Virus genome (UHGV): UHGV-1380027 | Reading direction: 5' to 3' (one strand) | DNA: 64,000 nucleotides | From: a virus | Shown: positions 8,109-17,564 of the stretch, in pieces | Layout of the letters: every line of letters begins with the position of its first letter | Position numbering within the stretch: the stretch's first letter is position 1 | Program-made: the position numbers and the translations under genes | The notes under the pieces: model-generated | Told to the model about the DNA's origin: nothing | Databases searched by the model: none | Seen by the model: the letters and a program-made list of their open reading frames with translations, nothing else

Positions 8109-8286
8109 GGGTTGTGTTGTTCACCGCACCGCAGTAGATGGAATATCCCAACCCATTAGGGTGCAGAAACCACGGCACACCTTGGTCATCCTTCACGTAT
8201 ACATCTCCATTTTCCGTGAAGGGCCAATACTCTTCCCCAAGGGTAAAATACCTACTCATACCTTCAGCCAGATACTTTACTTTCAT
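8092..8286 (-). CDS. small protein, KDDxG-W family (64 aa)
   Basis: motif VYVKDDQGVPWFL; paralogous to next two ORFs. Confidence 0.5.
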   Translation of the reverse strand: MKVKYLAEGMSRYFTLGEEYWPFTENGDVYVKDDQGVPWFLHPNGLGYSIYCGAVNNTTLAEFV

Positions 8287-8510
8287 AGATCCTCTTCAAC
8301 AACTGCAAACTTGGCAAGTAGGGTGGTCCCATAGATATGATACTCACCATTTGACAGATGGGAGATATACCAGGAGATACCGTCCTCGTCTTCGATCATA
8401 TTGTTCCTGCGATCCTTATCGTAATAAACCTTGTAGACCTTACCTTCTTCAAAGAATGACAGGTCTGTCATCTTTTCTTCTACAAACGTAGCTTTAACCA
8501 AAGTTGTCAT
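8283..8510 (-). CDS. small protein, KDDxG-W family (75 aa)
   Basis: FFEEGKVYKV and EDEDGISWYI; ATGA-type overlap with neighbours. Confidence 0.5.
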   Translation of the reverse strand: MTTLVKATFVEEKMTDLSFFEEGKVYKVYYDKDRRNNMIEDEDGISWYISHLSNGEYHIYGTTLLAKFAVVEEDL

Positions 8511-8791
8511 TGATCTGTCTCCTTCTTGTTGAGCCGGAACACTGCAATAATAGCATTTCCAAGATGCAGTGTCAAATCATTCCCCAGATACCATAACATT
8601 CCACGGTCATCTTTAATGAAAGGGTAACAATCCGGTGCCTTCCAGACATTATACACTTTGCCGACCTGAAAGAAATCAGGCCCTGTTGGAATTTTAGTAC
8701 CGGGCCACACTTGGGACACCTGAACGCACTCTACCTGCATAATGACAGGGATAGTCATGGAGGTAAATGTTTTTGTTGGTTCTACTACCAT
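8507..8791 (-). CDS. small protein, KDDxG-W family (94 aa)
   Basis: FFQVGKVYNV and IKDDRGMLWYL. Confidence 0.5.
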   Translation of the reverse strand: MVVEPTKTFTSMTIPVIMQVECVQVSQVWPGTKIPTGPDFFQVGKVYNVWKAPDCYPFIKDDRGMLWYLGNDLTLHLGNAIIAVFRLNKKETDQ

Positions 8792-8842
8792 AAAAGTCTC
8801 CTCTCTTTGTCTAACAACACTTCCGTGTGTTGATAGTTTACA

Positions 8843-11620
8843 TTAGTGACAATCGCCCCAGTTACGACCGCACAAGTATTCACCTGTGATCTGGAACGGA
8901 ACGCCCATCATTTTAGAAGCCTGCCAGAAGCAATGCACCACCATTTCGCCCACAGGGCTCCAGATAAGTTCAAGCTTTCCGTCATCGTTCAAGATAGGAT
9001 CGTATACCGTATTTCCGTCCTTGTCAACCACTTCGTTTCCGTCCTCATCTTTGCGTGCCTTTTTGTACTTATGACCGTCGAACACATGAAGTTTAGCCTC
9101 TTGTTGGGCTTTAAATGTTTCCAGCTCTTCAATTGTGTCGAAGGTGTATACAGTTTTATACTTAGGGGTGTCAGGCACTTGAAGCTGATATTCGTCATGG
9201 TAATAAATAATACGACGAACACCTTCATCATACCATCCACGCTTCACCATTTGGTGGTGCATGAGGATTCCGACCAAGTCGCACAACGATGCACCGCCAT
9301 TTTGCTGATATGCATTAAGCAAAGAGTGTTTAGAGCGGGTCCAAATGGCATGCCCGTCAAAAGAGTAGATAAATTTCTTACCTGTTGCTTCCCAGAATTT
9401 CTCCAGATCCTCTTTGCGCCCCTTAAGACCTGGGTTGGCATCCCAGAGAGCATCAATTACTCTCTGCCCCAGTTCTGGAGAGATATCCAGCATATCTGCA
9501 ACTTTATCTTTTTGTGCCCCATACATAACCCCATACGTGATAGGTTTACCATCGTTACGAGACACCTCTCTACCTGCTACTTTTGTATATGCCTCAGCAT
9601 TGTTTTGGTGCGCGTCCCCGTTACTTACAACATCATAATACAGGCCGTTGTCAAACTCAAATGCACCCCAGGCCCCGATGAGCTGCTCTAAGTTGGACCC
9701 GTCAATACCGATCTCAAAGTATCCAGGAGGAACACCCCACAGACTACGCATCTCTTTACCCATAACCACTTTAGGAGATGGTTTAGGCATGTTTGCACAA
9801 ATACTATGTTTCTGTCTGGAAGTGTTTGTTAATCCAGAACTTTTAGCAGGAAGCTTGTGGTCAATCTTCAAACGTGGATGATTAAGAAGACCAGTATCAA
9901 CCTTATCTTCCTTGATTGGATCAAGGACCGATCTGCGGTTTCGCAATGATAACCACAAAACGATATCTTTAGCCATCTCTCCGTTCAATTTTTCAAGATT
10001 CGGGCACAGGTGTCCAAACGTATCTTTCAGTTGCGGAGAAGTAATAAGCGCTCTGGCTTTTCTACGTATCTTCCCAAACACTTCCTTTTTAATCCTTTCT
10101 GAGTTAGGGAAGCTTCGGAACTTATGCACAGTTGTCTGGAACTTGGCATCAGTTTTGTTCCAGAAGTTGATAATTAGATCACAATACTCTGACTCCAAAA
10201 GCTCGTCCATATATGCATATACTCGTGCATCAACATCTGCATCAGGTAAAGCTTTCTTCTTGCTGTCTTTAGTTACATCTTTAGTTCTCCACATTGTTGG
10301 GAGCCAACCAGCACTGATCAGGTATCGCTTGATGTCGTCCTGATTGCTGATTTTCATAGGTATCTTGCAGTCAGGCATTCGCTTCTGCTGTAGGTCACTT
10401 ATCGCCTGATCCATCAGCTCTTTAGGTAAAGGGTGTGGTGTAGAAGTTCCTTTGATATACCCCCTCAAGAAATCAGCCATCTTATCGGGGTCTTTACAGC
10501 CCATCTCTTCACACCATTTTATCCCCATCTTACTTACATCCCCTGTGGAGGTAAATGCTCGCTTAGGAGGAGCTTTGAACTCTAAAGCACTCATGTCCAC
10601 AGGGTAGCCAAGCTTGTCTTTTAACCATTTCCAACCATTATTGGAGATTGTCCCATCCTGGTTAAACGGCTTTTCAGGGAACTTAGGCCGCTGAGACATT
10701 GATAACTCTTTTAAAGGAAGTTGTGGTTCAACACGATCAGCGATCTCTTTCATCCACGCATCGCAACGGTCACGTAAAGCAATAGCCCCATCTATGTCGA
10801 AATACACCCCCTGTCGAGCCTGCAGCTCCATCAGGAAGTGCTGTAACATGCCTCGGCGTAATGCGTTCTTCCAGGTGATCTTCTTGAAGCCTTTCGGCTT
10901 CTCTTTGGCAGGATCGTACATAAAGTTCTGCATGTCAGATTTGCCGTAGAATACACCTTTTGATTCAGCTACCAACTCCTTCCAGAGCAACTCCTGAATG
11001 ATAACGTCCTCGAACACACGATCCACATACTTCCACAGCGGAAGCTCACGCCAGTCATCGATTTGAACTTTCTGGTTACCAAGGGCATAGCCCCATGCCA
11101 TAAGGCCATGAGGCCCAACAGGCTGCATTTTCTTGGTAACTGGATTGAATACTGCGTCCGGACAACCTTTTGGCAAAGGGCGGTCAGGCCACAAGATTCG
11201 ACTCATCGCTAACGTATCAAACAGATTAACCTGGTGGTCGTTGATAGTTCCCATGCATTTAGGATCACGGAACATATCAAAATGAATACCGGATAATCTT
11301 TCCATCAGCATAAAGTCGTAACTGTAGCAGTTATGGCAGTTCAAAGCCGTAGGTGACCAGTCTGAATTGCCTGTAAGCCAGCCTTCCAACTCTGAAAAAT
11401 CTGCTATGCGAGCCTCAAAATCTGTATAAAGGGTCTTCTTTGCCAGAATGAAGTTCTTAGCTTTCTCCACATCCTCTTCAGAGTAGTGTGTGCGGTCATT
11501 TAGGGGAAGGAACAGCATAAAACGGTTCTTATTCAGCTCTTTAAACAAACCGCAGTGATAATAAAGATCTGGGTCTTCCAGCAAGCCAGAGGCCTCAAAA
11601 TCGAACGACCACATGCTCAT
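8843..11620 (-). CDS. DNA polymerase, family A, with 3'-5' exonuclease domain (925 aa)
   Basis: Exo I FDFEASGL; motif A DGSNLEQLIGAW; motif B SRNDGKPITYGVMYGAQ; motif C IIYYHDEYQLQV; SD AAGGAGA. Confidence 0.85.
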   Translation of the reverse strand: MSMWSFDFEASGLLEDPDLYYHCGLFKELNKNRFMLFLPLNDRTHYSEEDVEKAKNFILAKKTLYTDFEARIADFSELEGWLTGNSDWSPTALNCHNCYSYDFMLMERLSGIHFDMFRDPKCMGTINDHQVNLFDTLAMSRILWPDRPLPKGCPDAVFNPVTKKMQPVGPHGLMAWGYALGNQKVQIDDWRELPLWKYVDRVFEDVIIQELLWKELVAESKGVFYGKSDMQNFMYDPAKEKPKGFKKITWKNALRRGMLQHFLMELQARQGVYFDIDGAIALRDRCDAWMKEIADRVEPQLPLKELSMSQRPKFPEKPFNQDGTISNNGWKWLKDKLGYPVDMSALEFKAPPKRAFTSTGDVSKMGIKWCEEMGCKDPDKMADFLRGYIKGTSTPHPLPKELMDQAISDLQQKRMPDCKIPMKISNQDDIKRYLISAGWLPTMWRTKDVTKDSKKKALPDADVDARVYAYMDELLESEYCDLIINFWNKTDAKFQTTVHKFRSFPNSERIKKEVFGKIRRKARALITSPQLKDTFGHLCPNLEKLNGEMAKDIVLWLSLRNRRSVLDPIKEDKVDTGLLNHPRLKIDHKLPAKSSGLTNTSRQKHSICANMPKPSPKVVMGKEMRSLWGVPPGYFEIGIDGSNLEQLIGAWGAFEFDNGLYYDVVSNGDAHQNNAEAYTKVAGREVSRNDGKPITYGVMYGAQKDKVADMLDISPELGQRVIDALWDANPGLKGRKEDLEKFWEATGKKFIYSFDGHAIWTRSKHSLLNAYQQNGGASLCDLVGILMHHQMVKRGWYDEGVRRIIYYHDEYQLQVPDTPKYKTVYTFDTIEELETFKAQQEAKLHVFDGHKYKKARKDEDGNEVVDKDGNTVYDPILNDDGKLELIWSPVGEMVVHCFWQASKMMGVPFQITGEYLCGRNWGDCH

Positions 11621-11678
11621 ATACAGTTCTCCTTAAAGGGGAGGCGGTTGTACTACCCCTCCCACTCTTGGTTAAACA

Positions 11679-13757
11679 TTAAAAAGGTGTTTCGTCGTCT
11701 TCAAAACCAGGAACGTGGTTAGAGGACGGATCATCATACTGAAGATCTTCCTGTGTGTCAACAGGGTTAACAGCAGGAGTTATAACCTTATCAGCCACAA
11801 CCTTGCCCACAGGTGTTTCTACAACTGCATGCTCCTGATCCTCAAACATAGCTTGAGGTCTCCAAACAACCTCTCCACCTTCCCCGTCTGTAAACATCTG
11901 CATCTCTTTATCCCAATACCAATTGCTGGCATCGTGGAACTTGCCTGTGTGGGGATCCATAACTAGAGTGTCCGCAATACCTAAGGTTTTTGCTGGGCGG
12001 TTTTTAAGACCTACCAGCCGGACACGCCCACGGGAACGATCCACCATCTCCTCTGCCTCTACCCCGACAACCACCCAGCTAAGTTGCTCCAATCCGGCAC
12101 TACCGCGAAGGTTCTCTTTTCGTACAGGGTACCAGAAAGGTAACGGATTTCCATCCTTATCCTTCGGAGGTACAATCTCTGTGCGCTTCAGGTGAGCAAT
12201 CACCAAGATAAACACATTAAACTGCTTACAGAACGCGGCTAGTTGAGTCATAGCCATGTCAAGCTCTTTACGCTCATCCTTAACATTAAGCCCTGAAATC
12301 ACCATAGACAAGTGATCCAGCACAATGTAACGGCAGTGATACAGGCACACCATTTGTTTAAGCTTAGTGATCAGCTCATCTACAGGGATGGAGCCGAAAT
12401 GCTTGAACACTTTGATTTTTCCGGCCTTGGCCCAAGATTGATGAATCTCAGCGTGCTCCTGATCGGTCAGGAACTGACTGGGGTCTTCAACAAACTCTTT
12501 AACATCAACCCCCAGCTGGTTAGCGTACAGAGAGTTGATTGCTTCCTCAGGATCCTCTTCAAGGTGAATCAGGCACAGGCGATCATCCTCTTCATAATCA
12601 TCAGCTTTAGGGCATGTTGGGTCCATCAAGTATCTTGCAATGCAATGTTCCAGCTTCTTGGCTACAGTTGTTTTACCACCGCCAGACGGGCCTGTCAGCA
12701 TCATCAAGGTGCCTTTGTGGAGTCCTTTCAGCATCTTCTGCAGTTTAGGGAACTCTGCACTAATATCCACGCCATTGGAAGTCTTCTTACGAAGAGATTC
12801 AATGGAGAAGTCTTCTAAATCAGATACAGCATCAGGCACATATTTGACTGGGTGACGGAACATGTTGACAATATCTTCCAGCTTTTTAGCCTTCAGCATG
12901 TCACGAATATCTTTTACACCATCAGGGTCGTTTACCTCACCTGGGTATTCCACGTGGTAAACGTTGTCAGCCATCAAAAATGCTGCGATATTATGCGTAG
13001 CTTCAACACCTTTGATAACGTGTTTTTGCTTCTCTACCTCGTTAGCTGCATCGTTGTCCATTGCAAGGACTACTGTTCCGTAGCTACGGATAAATTTCTC
13101 ATTGTTCGCAAAAGTGTCTACGGCGTTTGCACACCCGCAGTTAATTCCGACAAAAGGCAGGCATGGTTTTCCTGCCAGATCACCGCCGTTGATAACTGCA
13201 TCAATCCCATCCTGGACTTCTTTAGCCCACTGCTTCACCTTCGCCGGGGCTTTAGTATTGGTGAGAATTCCTTTTACTTGTACCTGATATGCAGCCTGCC
13301 ACGCTGCAATAACATCTCCTTCCCCCTCACAAACGTTAATCTGCTTGCGGTTGTTGGAGGATGCACACAGCTTTTGACCAAACATCTGGGAGTTGGCCTT
13401 TACTATGCCAACAACCGAGAAATGGCCCCTTTGCTCTTTAGGGATTGTCCAGTCCCGCTTTTTAAAGCCAGATAGATTACCGTAGCGGTCATAATACGGA
13501 AAGTAGGTGGCAGTAACAGTTACACCATCCTCTTGGGATAGCGATGATCGTACACCAAAATATTGTGCAGCCATCAGTCCAATATTTTGTTGTGGAACAG
13601 GGACAATTTTAGTATTTTCTAAAACAGTCTCTACAGTTTCAACTTCTTTTTCATCACGATAGTCTCGTTTCACACTTCCCCCACTTTTATACTTAGTTGC
13701 TTTCGGGTTTTGCTCACCGAAACGGTTGTATGCAGATGCCATGAATTTACTGCCCAT
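11679..13757 (-). CDS. primase-helicase fusion (TOPRIM domain + DnaB-like helicase), T7 gp4-like organisation (692 aa)
   Basis: TOPRIM motifs NVCEGEGD and LAMDNDAANE; Walker A LTGPSGGGKTT; Walker B IVLDHL; acidic C-terminus FEDDETPF; SD AAGGAGA. Confidence 0.8.
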   Translation of the reverse strand: MGSKFMASAYNRFGEQNPKATKYKSGGSVKRDYRDEKEVETVETVLENTKIVPVPQQNIGLMAAQYFGVRSSLSQEDGVTVTATYFPYYDRYGNLSGFKKRDWTIPKEQRGHFSVVGIVKANSQMFGQKLCASSNNRKQINVCEGEGDVIAAWQAAYQVQVKGILTNTKAPAKVKQWAKEVQDGIDAVINGGDLAGKPCLPFVGINCGCANAVDTFANNEKFIRSYGTVVLAMDNDAANEVEKQKHVIKGVEATHNIAAFLMADNVYHVEYPGEVNDPDGVKDIRDMLKAKKLEDIVNMFRHPVKYVPDAVSDLEDFSIESLRKKTSNGVDISAEFPKLQKMLKGLHKGTLMMLTGPSGGGKTTVAKKLEHCIARYLMDPTCPKADDYEEDDRLCLIHLEEDPEEAINSLYANQLGVDVKEFVEDPSQFLTDQEHAEIHQSWAKAGKIKVFKHFGSIPVDELITKLKQMVCLYHCRYIVLDHLSMVISGLNVKDERKELDMAMTQLAAFCKQFNVFILVIAHLKRTEIVPPKDKDGNPLPFWYPVRKENLRGSAGLEQLSWVVVGVEAEEMVDRSRGRVRLVGLKNRPAKTLGIADTLVMDPHTGKFHDASNWYWDKEMQMFTDGEGGEVVWRPQAMFEDQEHAVVETPVGKVVADKVITPAVNPVDTQEDLQYDDPSSNHVPGFEDDETPF

Positions 13758-14511
13758 TAATTCTTCTCCTTACTGCAGGCTCGTTTGCTAAGAATACAGC
13801 TCTTGCCCAGCCACGTGGTGTAAGGCTTCGAATCATCTTCGTCCTTGCACTCTTTCCACCTAGCTTAGCGTGTTGCATGGAATAACCACTAACCACATCA
13901 ACTATTTGCGGGACAGGTTTTGTGGCGGGGATTATAAATCCATTGCCTATCCAACCGCAAGTTATTTTTGGGTAGGCATCACGTGGAGCTATAAATTCAG
14001 GAAACCATGGGTTTACATCGTCCTCTGGTAGATACCCACCATAATCCGAAGGATGAAAACGGTAATCAGGTTTTCGCCACAGTGTTGACATAACTCCTAC
14101 AGGGTTCTCTACATGCCACGGGCAATCATAAATCTCTCCCAACTCTTCTGCAACCCGAGCATCTTTCACAGCATTAATTTGGATCAGTGGGTCCTTAGCC
14201 AGCTTTTTCTTAAAGTGTGCAGCTCCGGATACTGCTAAATGCGTGCACGGAGGAAATGCAAGAATAAAGTCTGGAGCTGGATACATGCAAAAAGTTTCTT
14301 GAGGGAACCATGGATCAATCCAATAATCCACATAGTGAATGTTAGGATGATCGGTTATCACCTCTGCATAACTACCGTGGTCAGCACCTTCTGCATTAAA
14401 GCACAGGCACAGGTACCCAGCTTTTGCCCAGTCAATAACTGCACCACCAGACCCGTCAAATAGACTCCACACGACACCTTTGTGGTAGTGTTCTTTGTAG
14501 ATAAATTTCAA
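13747..14511 (-). CDS. DNA (cytosine-5)-methyltransferase-like protein, short (~254 aa)
   Basis: motif I FDGSGG, motif IV PPCT, motif VI ENPVG; start moved from track GTG (14541, inside terminator hairpin) to TTG at 14511 with SD AGGAGA; 3' end overlaps primase-helicase start by 11 nt. Confidence 0.5.
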   Translation of the reverse strand: MKFIYKEHYHKGVVWSLFDGSGGAVIDWAKAGYLCLCFNAEGADHGSYAEVITDHPNIHYVDYWIDPWFPQETFCMYPAPDFILAFPPCTHLAVSGAAHFKKKLAKDPLIQINAVKDARVAEELGEIYDCPWHVENPVGVMSTLWRKPDYRFHPSDYGGYLPEDDVNPWFPEFIAPRDAYPKITCGWIGNGFIIPATKPVPQIVDVVSGYSMQHAKLGGKSARTKMIRSLTPRGWARAVFLANEPAVRRRINGQ

Positions 14512-14534
14512 TTTGCTGTCTCCTAATGCAAAAA

Positions 14535-14556
14535 GCCCCACCCTTTCGGGCAGGGC
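14535..14556 (-). terminator. rho-independent terminator hairpin (GAAA-loop type)
   Basis: minus-strand RNA GCCCUGCCC-GAAA-GGGUGGGGC then CUUUUUGCAUU; paired with two G-U wobbles only on minus strand. Confidence 0.6.
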
Positions 14557-14562
14557 ATAGTG

Positions 14563-15045
14563 TTAAACCCGGATACCTATTGTATACTCGGTGGATACCA
14601 ATGTCAAATCTAAATTTAAAATTTCTTGCATCTCATAGTATGCGTCCAGGGTGAGATACATTTCACCATCCTTTTCTACATACTTGTCAAGGTGTTTGAG
14701 GCACTTTGGATAGCTATCAAGGGCAGCCTTTAGGCACTCAAACTCCGTGCTGTTGATGAATCCTTCCATCTTGGCTACCCGTTCCGGAGTAACGATAGCA
14801 CTGTAGTGAGATTTAGCTTCCTGAATGCAATGGGTCCAAGCATCAACTTTCTCTTCGAAAAGTCCGAAGAACTTCTTCTTGGTGAGCTTCAGATTCTTTA
14901 AGTGCTTAAGAACTCGGTTGCCGATTACAGACACATCACGAAACTTAAGGATCACTTTGTCAATATCCTCGCGGCCTATTTTCACAAAACAAGCCTCACA
15001 CATTTCAGGAGAGGCATAACCTACCTTCCACATAAAATCTGACAT
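14563..15045 (-). CDS. hypothetical protein (160 aa)
   Basis: co-oriented ORF followed by terminator. Confidence 0.5.
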   Translation of the reverse strand: MSDFMWKVGYASPEMCEACFVKIGREDIDKVILKFRDVSVIGNRVLKHLKNLKLTKKKFFGLFEEKVDAWTHCIQEAKSHYSAIVTPERVAKMEGFINSTEFECLKAALDSYPKCLKHLDKYVEKDGEMYLTLDAYYEMQEILNLDLTLVSTEYTIGIRV

Positions 15046-15057
15046 AACACTCTCTCC

Positions 15058-15456
15058 TTATTCCTGAAAAGCAACAATATCATATGCACTTGCAGATGAT
15101 CCTGGTGAAGAGTGACTCCAGTCTAGGTCATCAGAGTAGTCAGCATACTGTGCACCGCTACGTAGTTTGTATTTTACCCACTTACCTGGTGCAGGGTTTT
15201 CACCACCTTCCCACACTTCCCAACCTTCTGGCAAGCCGTTATCTTGGGAGTAGCCATCAACTTCACTAGCGATCTCTGGGTTTGGCACCAAGATCCATGC
15301 AGGCTCTTCCTTCTTAGCAAGTGTCCACACAATGTATGTGTCTGAGCAGGAGCATGTCAGTAAAGTATACCCACTGTTCAGAACTTCTGCAAGCTCTTTT
15401 TCAGCATCTTCTAATTTGGTTAGGTGGTATTGGATAATCTTCACATCTGTAATCAT
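15058..15456 (-). CDS. hypothetical protein (132 aa)
   Basis: co-oriented ORF. Confidence 0.5.
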   Translation of the reverse strand: MITDVKIIQYHLTKLEDAEKELAEVLNSGYTLLTCSCSDTYIVWTLAKKEEPAWILVPNPEIASEVDGYSQDNGLPEGWEVWEGGENPAPGKWVKYKLRSGAQYADYSDDLDWSHSSPGSSASAYDIVAFQE

Positions 15457-15758
15457 TAGAAGCCTCCTACTTCTTCAGCAAATGCTGCCGCTGTCGTCGC
15501 TGCATCCAGATAGGACTCTAGTTCACGTGCTGCACGTTTGTAAATCGAGTGGCGCAGATCGTTTGGTAACTGGTGAAAATCCACCTCTTCTCCGTTGTGG
15601 TAAACATGCACATCAGTAATCTGTCTAAATCCATAATAATCAACATCAGAATCACGGCACTCCGGATCTGGCAACTGGACAACTGCCTGAGCTTCTACAG
15701 TGAGCATATCGTCAAGTTCGAAATCGATTTCAAAAGTGTATGGTTTATAACGCTTCAT
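15456..15758 (-). CDS. hypothetical protein (100 aa)
   Basis: SD TAAGGAGAA; translation initiation region nearly identical to that of the methyltransferase gene at 17161. Confidence 0.5.
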   Translation of the reverse strand: MKRYKPYTFEIDFELDDMLTVEAQAVVQLPDPECRDSDVDYYGFRQITDVHVYHNGEEVDFHQLPNDLRHSIYKRAARELESYLDAATTAAAFAEEVGGF

Positions 15759-15817
15759 CGTTTGGTGTTCTCCTTATCTTGTGTGAAGAGTAGACCTACC
15801 CTTAGATATTTTAAATA

Positions 15818-17161
15818 TTACTCTAAATCTTCTTCTGAGTCAAGCTTATCTTTCATAACTAAGTTCGGGGCAAGTTTGTAATAGCGAAAGCCCCCGCCAC
15901 CTTGCCAGTTTACAGATTTAGAAATACCACTTTGATCTTTGCCATCGATCACTTTTTGCAAGCGCGGGATGATATGGGTATGACAATGATCACCTAACTC
16001 GACAGAGATCCAACGTCTTTTCATCTTGTGAGCTACGGCAGCAGTAGTTCCTGAACCGCCGAATGAATCCAAGACTAAATCTCCTTCTCGCGTACACATT
16101 TCGAAAATTCGCTTCAAAAGCGCTTCGGGCTTTTTTCCATTTTTGAAACTAACGCCGCCTTCATTTGCTATTCCATTCCAACTAATGTCAGTCCAAACAT
16201 CAGTTATTAGTTCAGCAGGCTGCATCTTGCCGTCAATTTCCAAAAGCCTATTGGAATAAAAGACCATTTGCCTACCATTTGCGATATAAAAGCCTTCGAC
16301 ATCCTCATTTGGATGTACATAAACCTTATCCCTATCTTTCTTTGACTTCTCGATAGTTTCTTTTCTCTTTATTTTGGCACCACCGCCAATTGCAACGGAT
16401 TGAAATACACGTTCTGCATTATCAATTGCAAATTGTGCTAATTCATCATCAAATGTATCAGGCAGTTTTTTCTTGGCTTCTTTTGTATCTTTATAGCCAT
16501 TGGCCTTTGCAAACGCATCGGCAATACCGCACCACGTCCAACTTTTATAATGGTCATCTGGGTTTAATAGATATTTGTTATATCCCGTATCATACTCTTT
16601 AGGTATATAGATTTTGTTAAGTGGTTTCTTGGTACGATCTTTTGCATATACAAGCAAAAAGTTTGCTGTGGAGAAAACTGTAGTTCCTGTTGCCTTAAAG
16701 CCTGAAGGGCAATTTGTAGTCATCGATATGGTATTTAACTGATTTGCACGACCAAAAATCTCGTCCATCAAGACTTTTAAATAAGCCATTTCGCAGTCAT
16801 CTAAGTGAACGAATATCACTCCATCATCGCTTAGCAGATTACGAATTATTTCTAATCTGTCCCGCATTAAGCCCAGCCAAATGGAGTGCTCCAGGCTATC
16901 ATCGTAGTGCTCAAAATCCCTTCCGGTATTGAATGGCGGGTCTATGTAAACACACTTCACTTTGCCTGCATACTCTTGCTCTAGTGCCTTCAATGCCAGT
17001 AAGTTATCTCCAAAAATCAGTTTATTATCAAAAATATCGTTTTCGGTCACCTTTTTACTGGCGTGATAAGACTTGCTCGAATCTTCTAACAAAATGTGAG
17101 GCTCTAGCTTTTTGCGCTCGTTCTTACCTATCCAGGTAAGTTCTAATTTGGTTTTACTCAT
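15818..17161 (-). CDS. DNA methyltransferase, beta-class amino-MTase (N6-adenine or N4-cytosine), 447 aa
   Basis: motif IV IDPPFNTG precedes motif I LDSFGGSGTT (beta-class order). Confidence 0.75.
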   Translation of the reverse strand: MSKTKLELTWIGKNERKKLEPHILLEDSSKSYHASKKVTENDIFDNKLIFGDNLLALKALEQEYAGKVKCVYIDPPFNTGRDFEHYDDSLEHSIWLGLMRDRLEIIRNLLSDDGVIFVHLDDCEMAYLKVLMDEIFGRANQLNTISMTTNCPSGFKATGTTVFSTANFLLVYAKDRTKKPLNKIYIPKEYDTGYNKYLLNPDDHYKSWTWCGIADAFAKANGYKDTKEAKKKLPDTFDDELAQFAIDNAERVFQSVAIGGGAKIKRKETIEKSKKDRDKVYVHPNEDVEGFYIANGRQMVFYSNRLLEIDGKMQPAELITDVWTDISWNGIANEGGVSFKNGKKPEALLKRIFEMCTREGDLVLDSFGGSGTTAAVAHKMKRRWISVELGDHCHTHIIPRLQKVIDGKDQSGISKSVNWQGGGGFRYYKLAPNLVMKDKLDSEEDLE

Positions 17162-17222
17162 CGTTTGGTGCTCTCCTTAGTTTTTGTGGGGAGGAGTGCC
17201 TCCCCTTTATACTCACATCTTA

Positions 17223-17564
17223 CTACTCAAGGTCTTCAGAGTCAAGCTCAAAAAGAATCAAACTGTGCATGCCTGCAGAGAGATCAACACACCCTGCAAC
17301 AATAAGGGTTTGATAGTAAGGTTCAGCACCCTCAATATCTTCGTTAAAATCCACAACAAGGTAGTCACCTTTGTTAAAGGTGTATTTGTCCGATGTAAAC
17401 GCAAAACCTGCCCAGTCCCCTACTGCAGGATCTTTATCAGTCACCTTTGTTAGCAGTAGATCTTTTTCACGAGATCTTTTAGTAAAATCGTGAATCACAA
17501 CATCCTTCTCTTCAGGAGTCGGATTGCCACACACGTAGTTAACGATATTTCTCCACAAACTCAT
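17223..17564 (-). CDS. hypothetical protein (113 aa)
   Basis: co-oriented ORF, 4-nt overlap with helicase gene. Confidence 0.5.
   Translation of the reverse strand: MSLWRNIVNYVCGNPTPEEKDVVIHDFTKRSREKDLLLTKVTDKDPAVGDWAGFAFTSDKYTFNKGDYLVVDFNEDIEGAEPYYQTLIVAGCVDLSAGMHSLILFELDSEDLE

Noticed and set aside
8846-9691. 281-aa plus-strand ORF (and others at 9414..9638, 9648..9881, 9912..10343)
   Set aside because: Lies entirely antisense inside the family-A DNA polymerase gene, has no SD and low-complexity composition; treated as shadow ORFs
12312-13475. Plus-strand ORFs of 168 and 207 aa
   Set aside because: Antisense within the primase-helicase gene, which has strong motif support; shadow ORFs
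14512-14541. GTG start at 14541 for the C5-methyltransferase-like ORF
   Set aside because: Codon lies inside the terminator hairpin and U-tract; TTG at 14511 preceded by AGGAGA is the likely start
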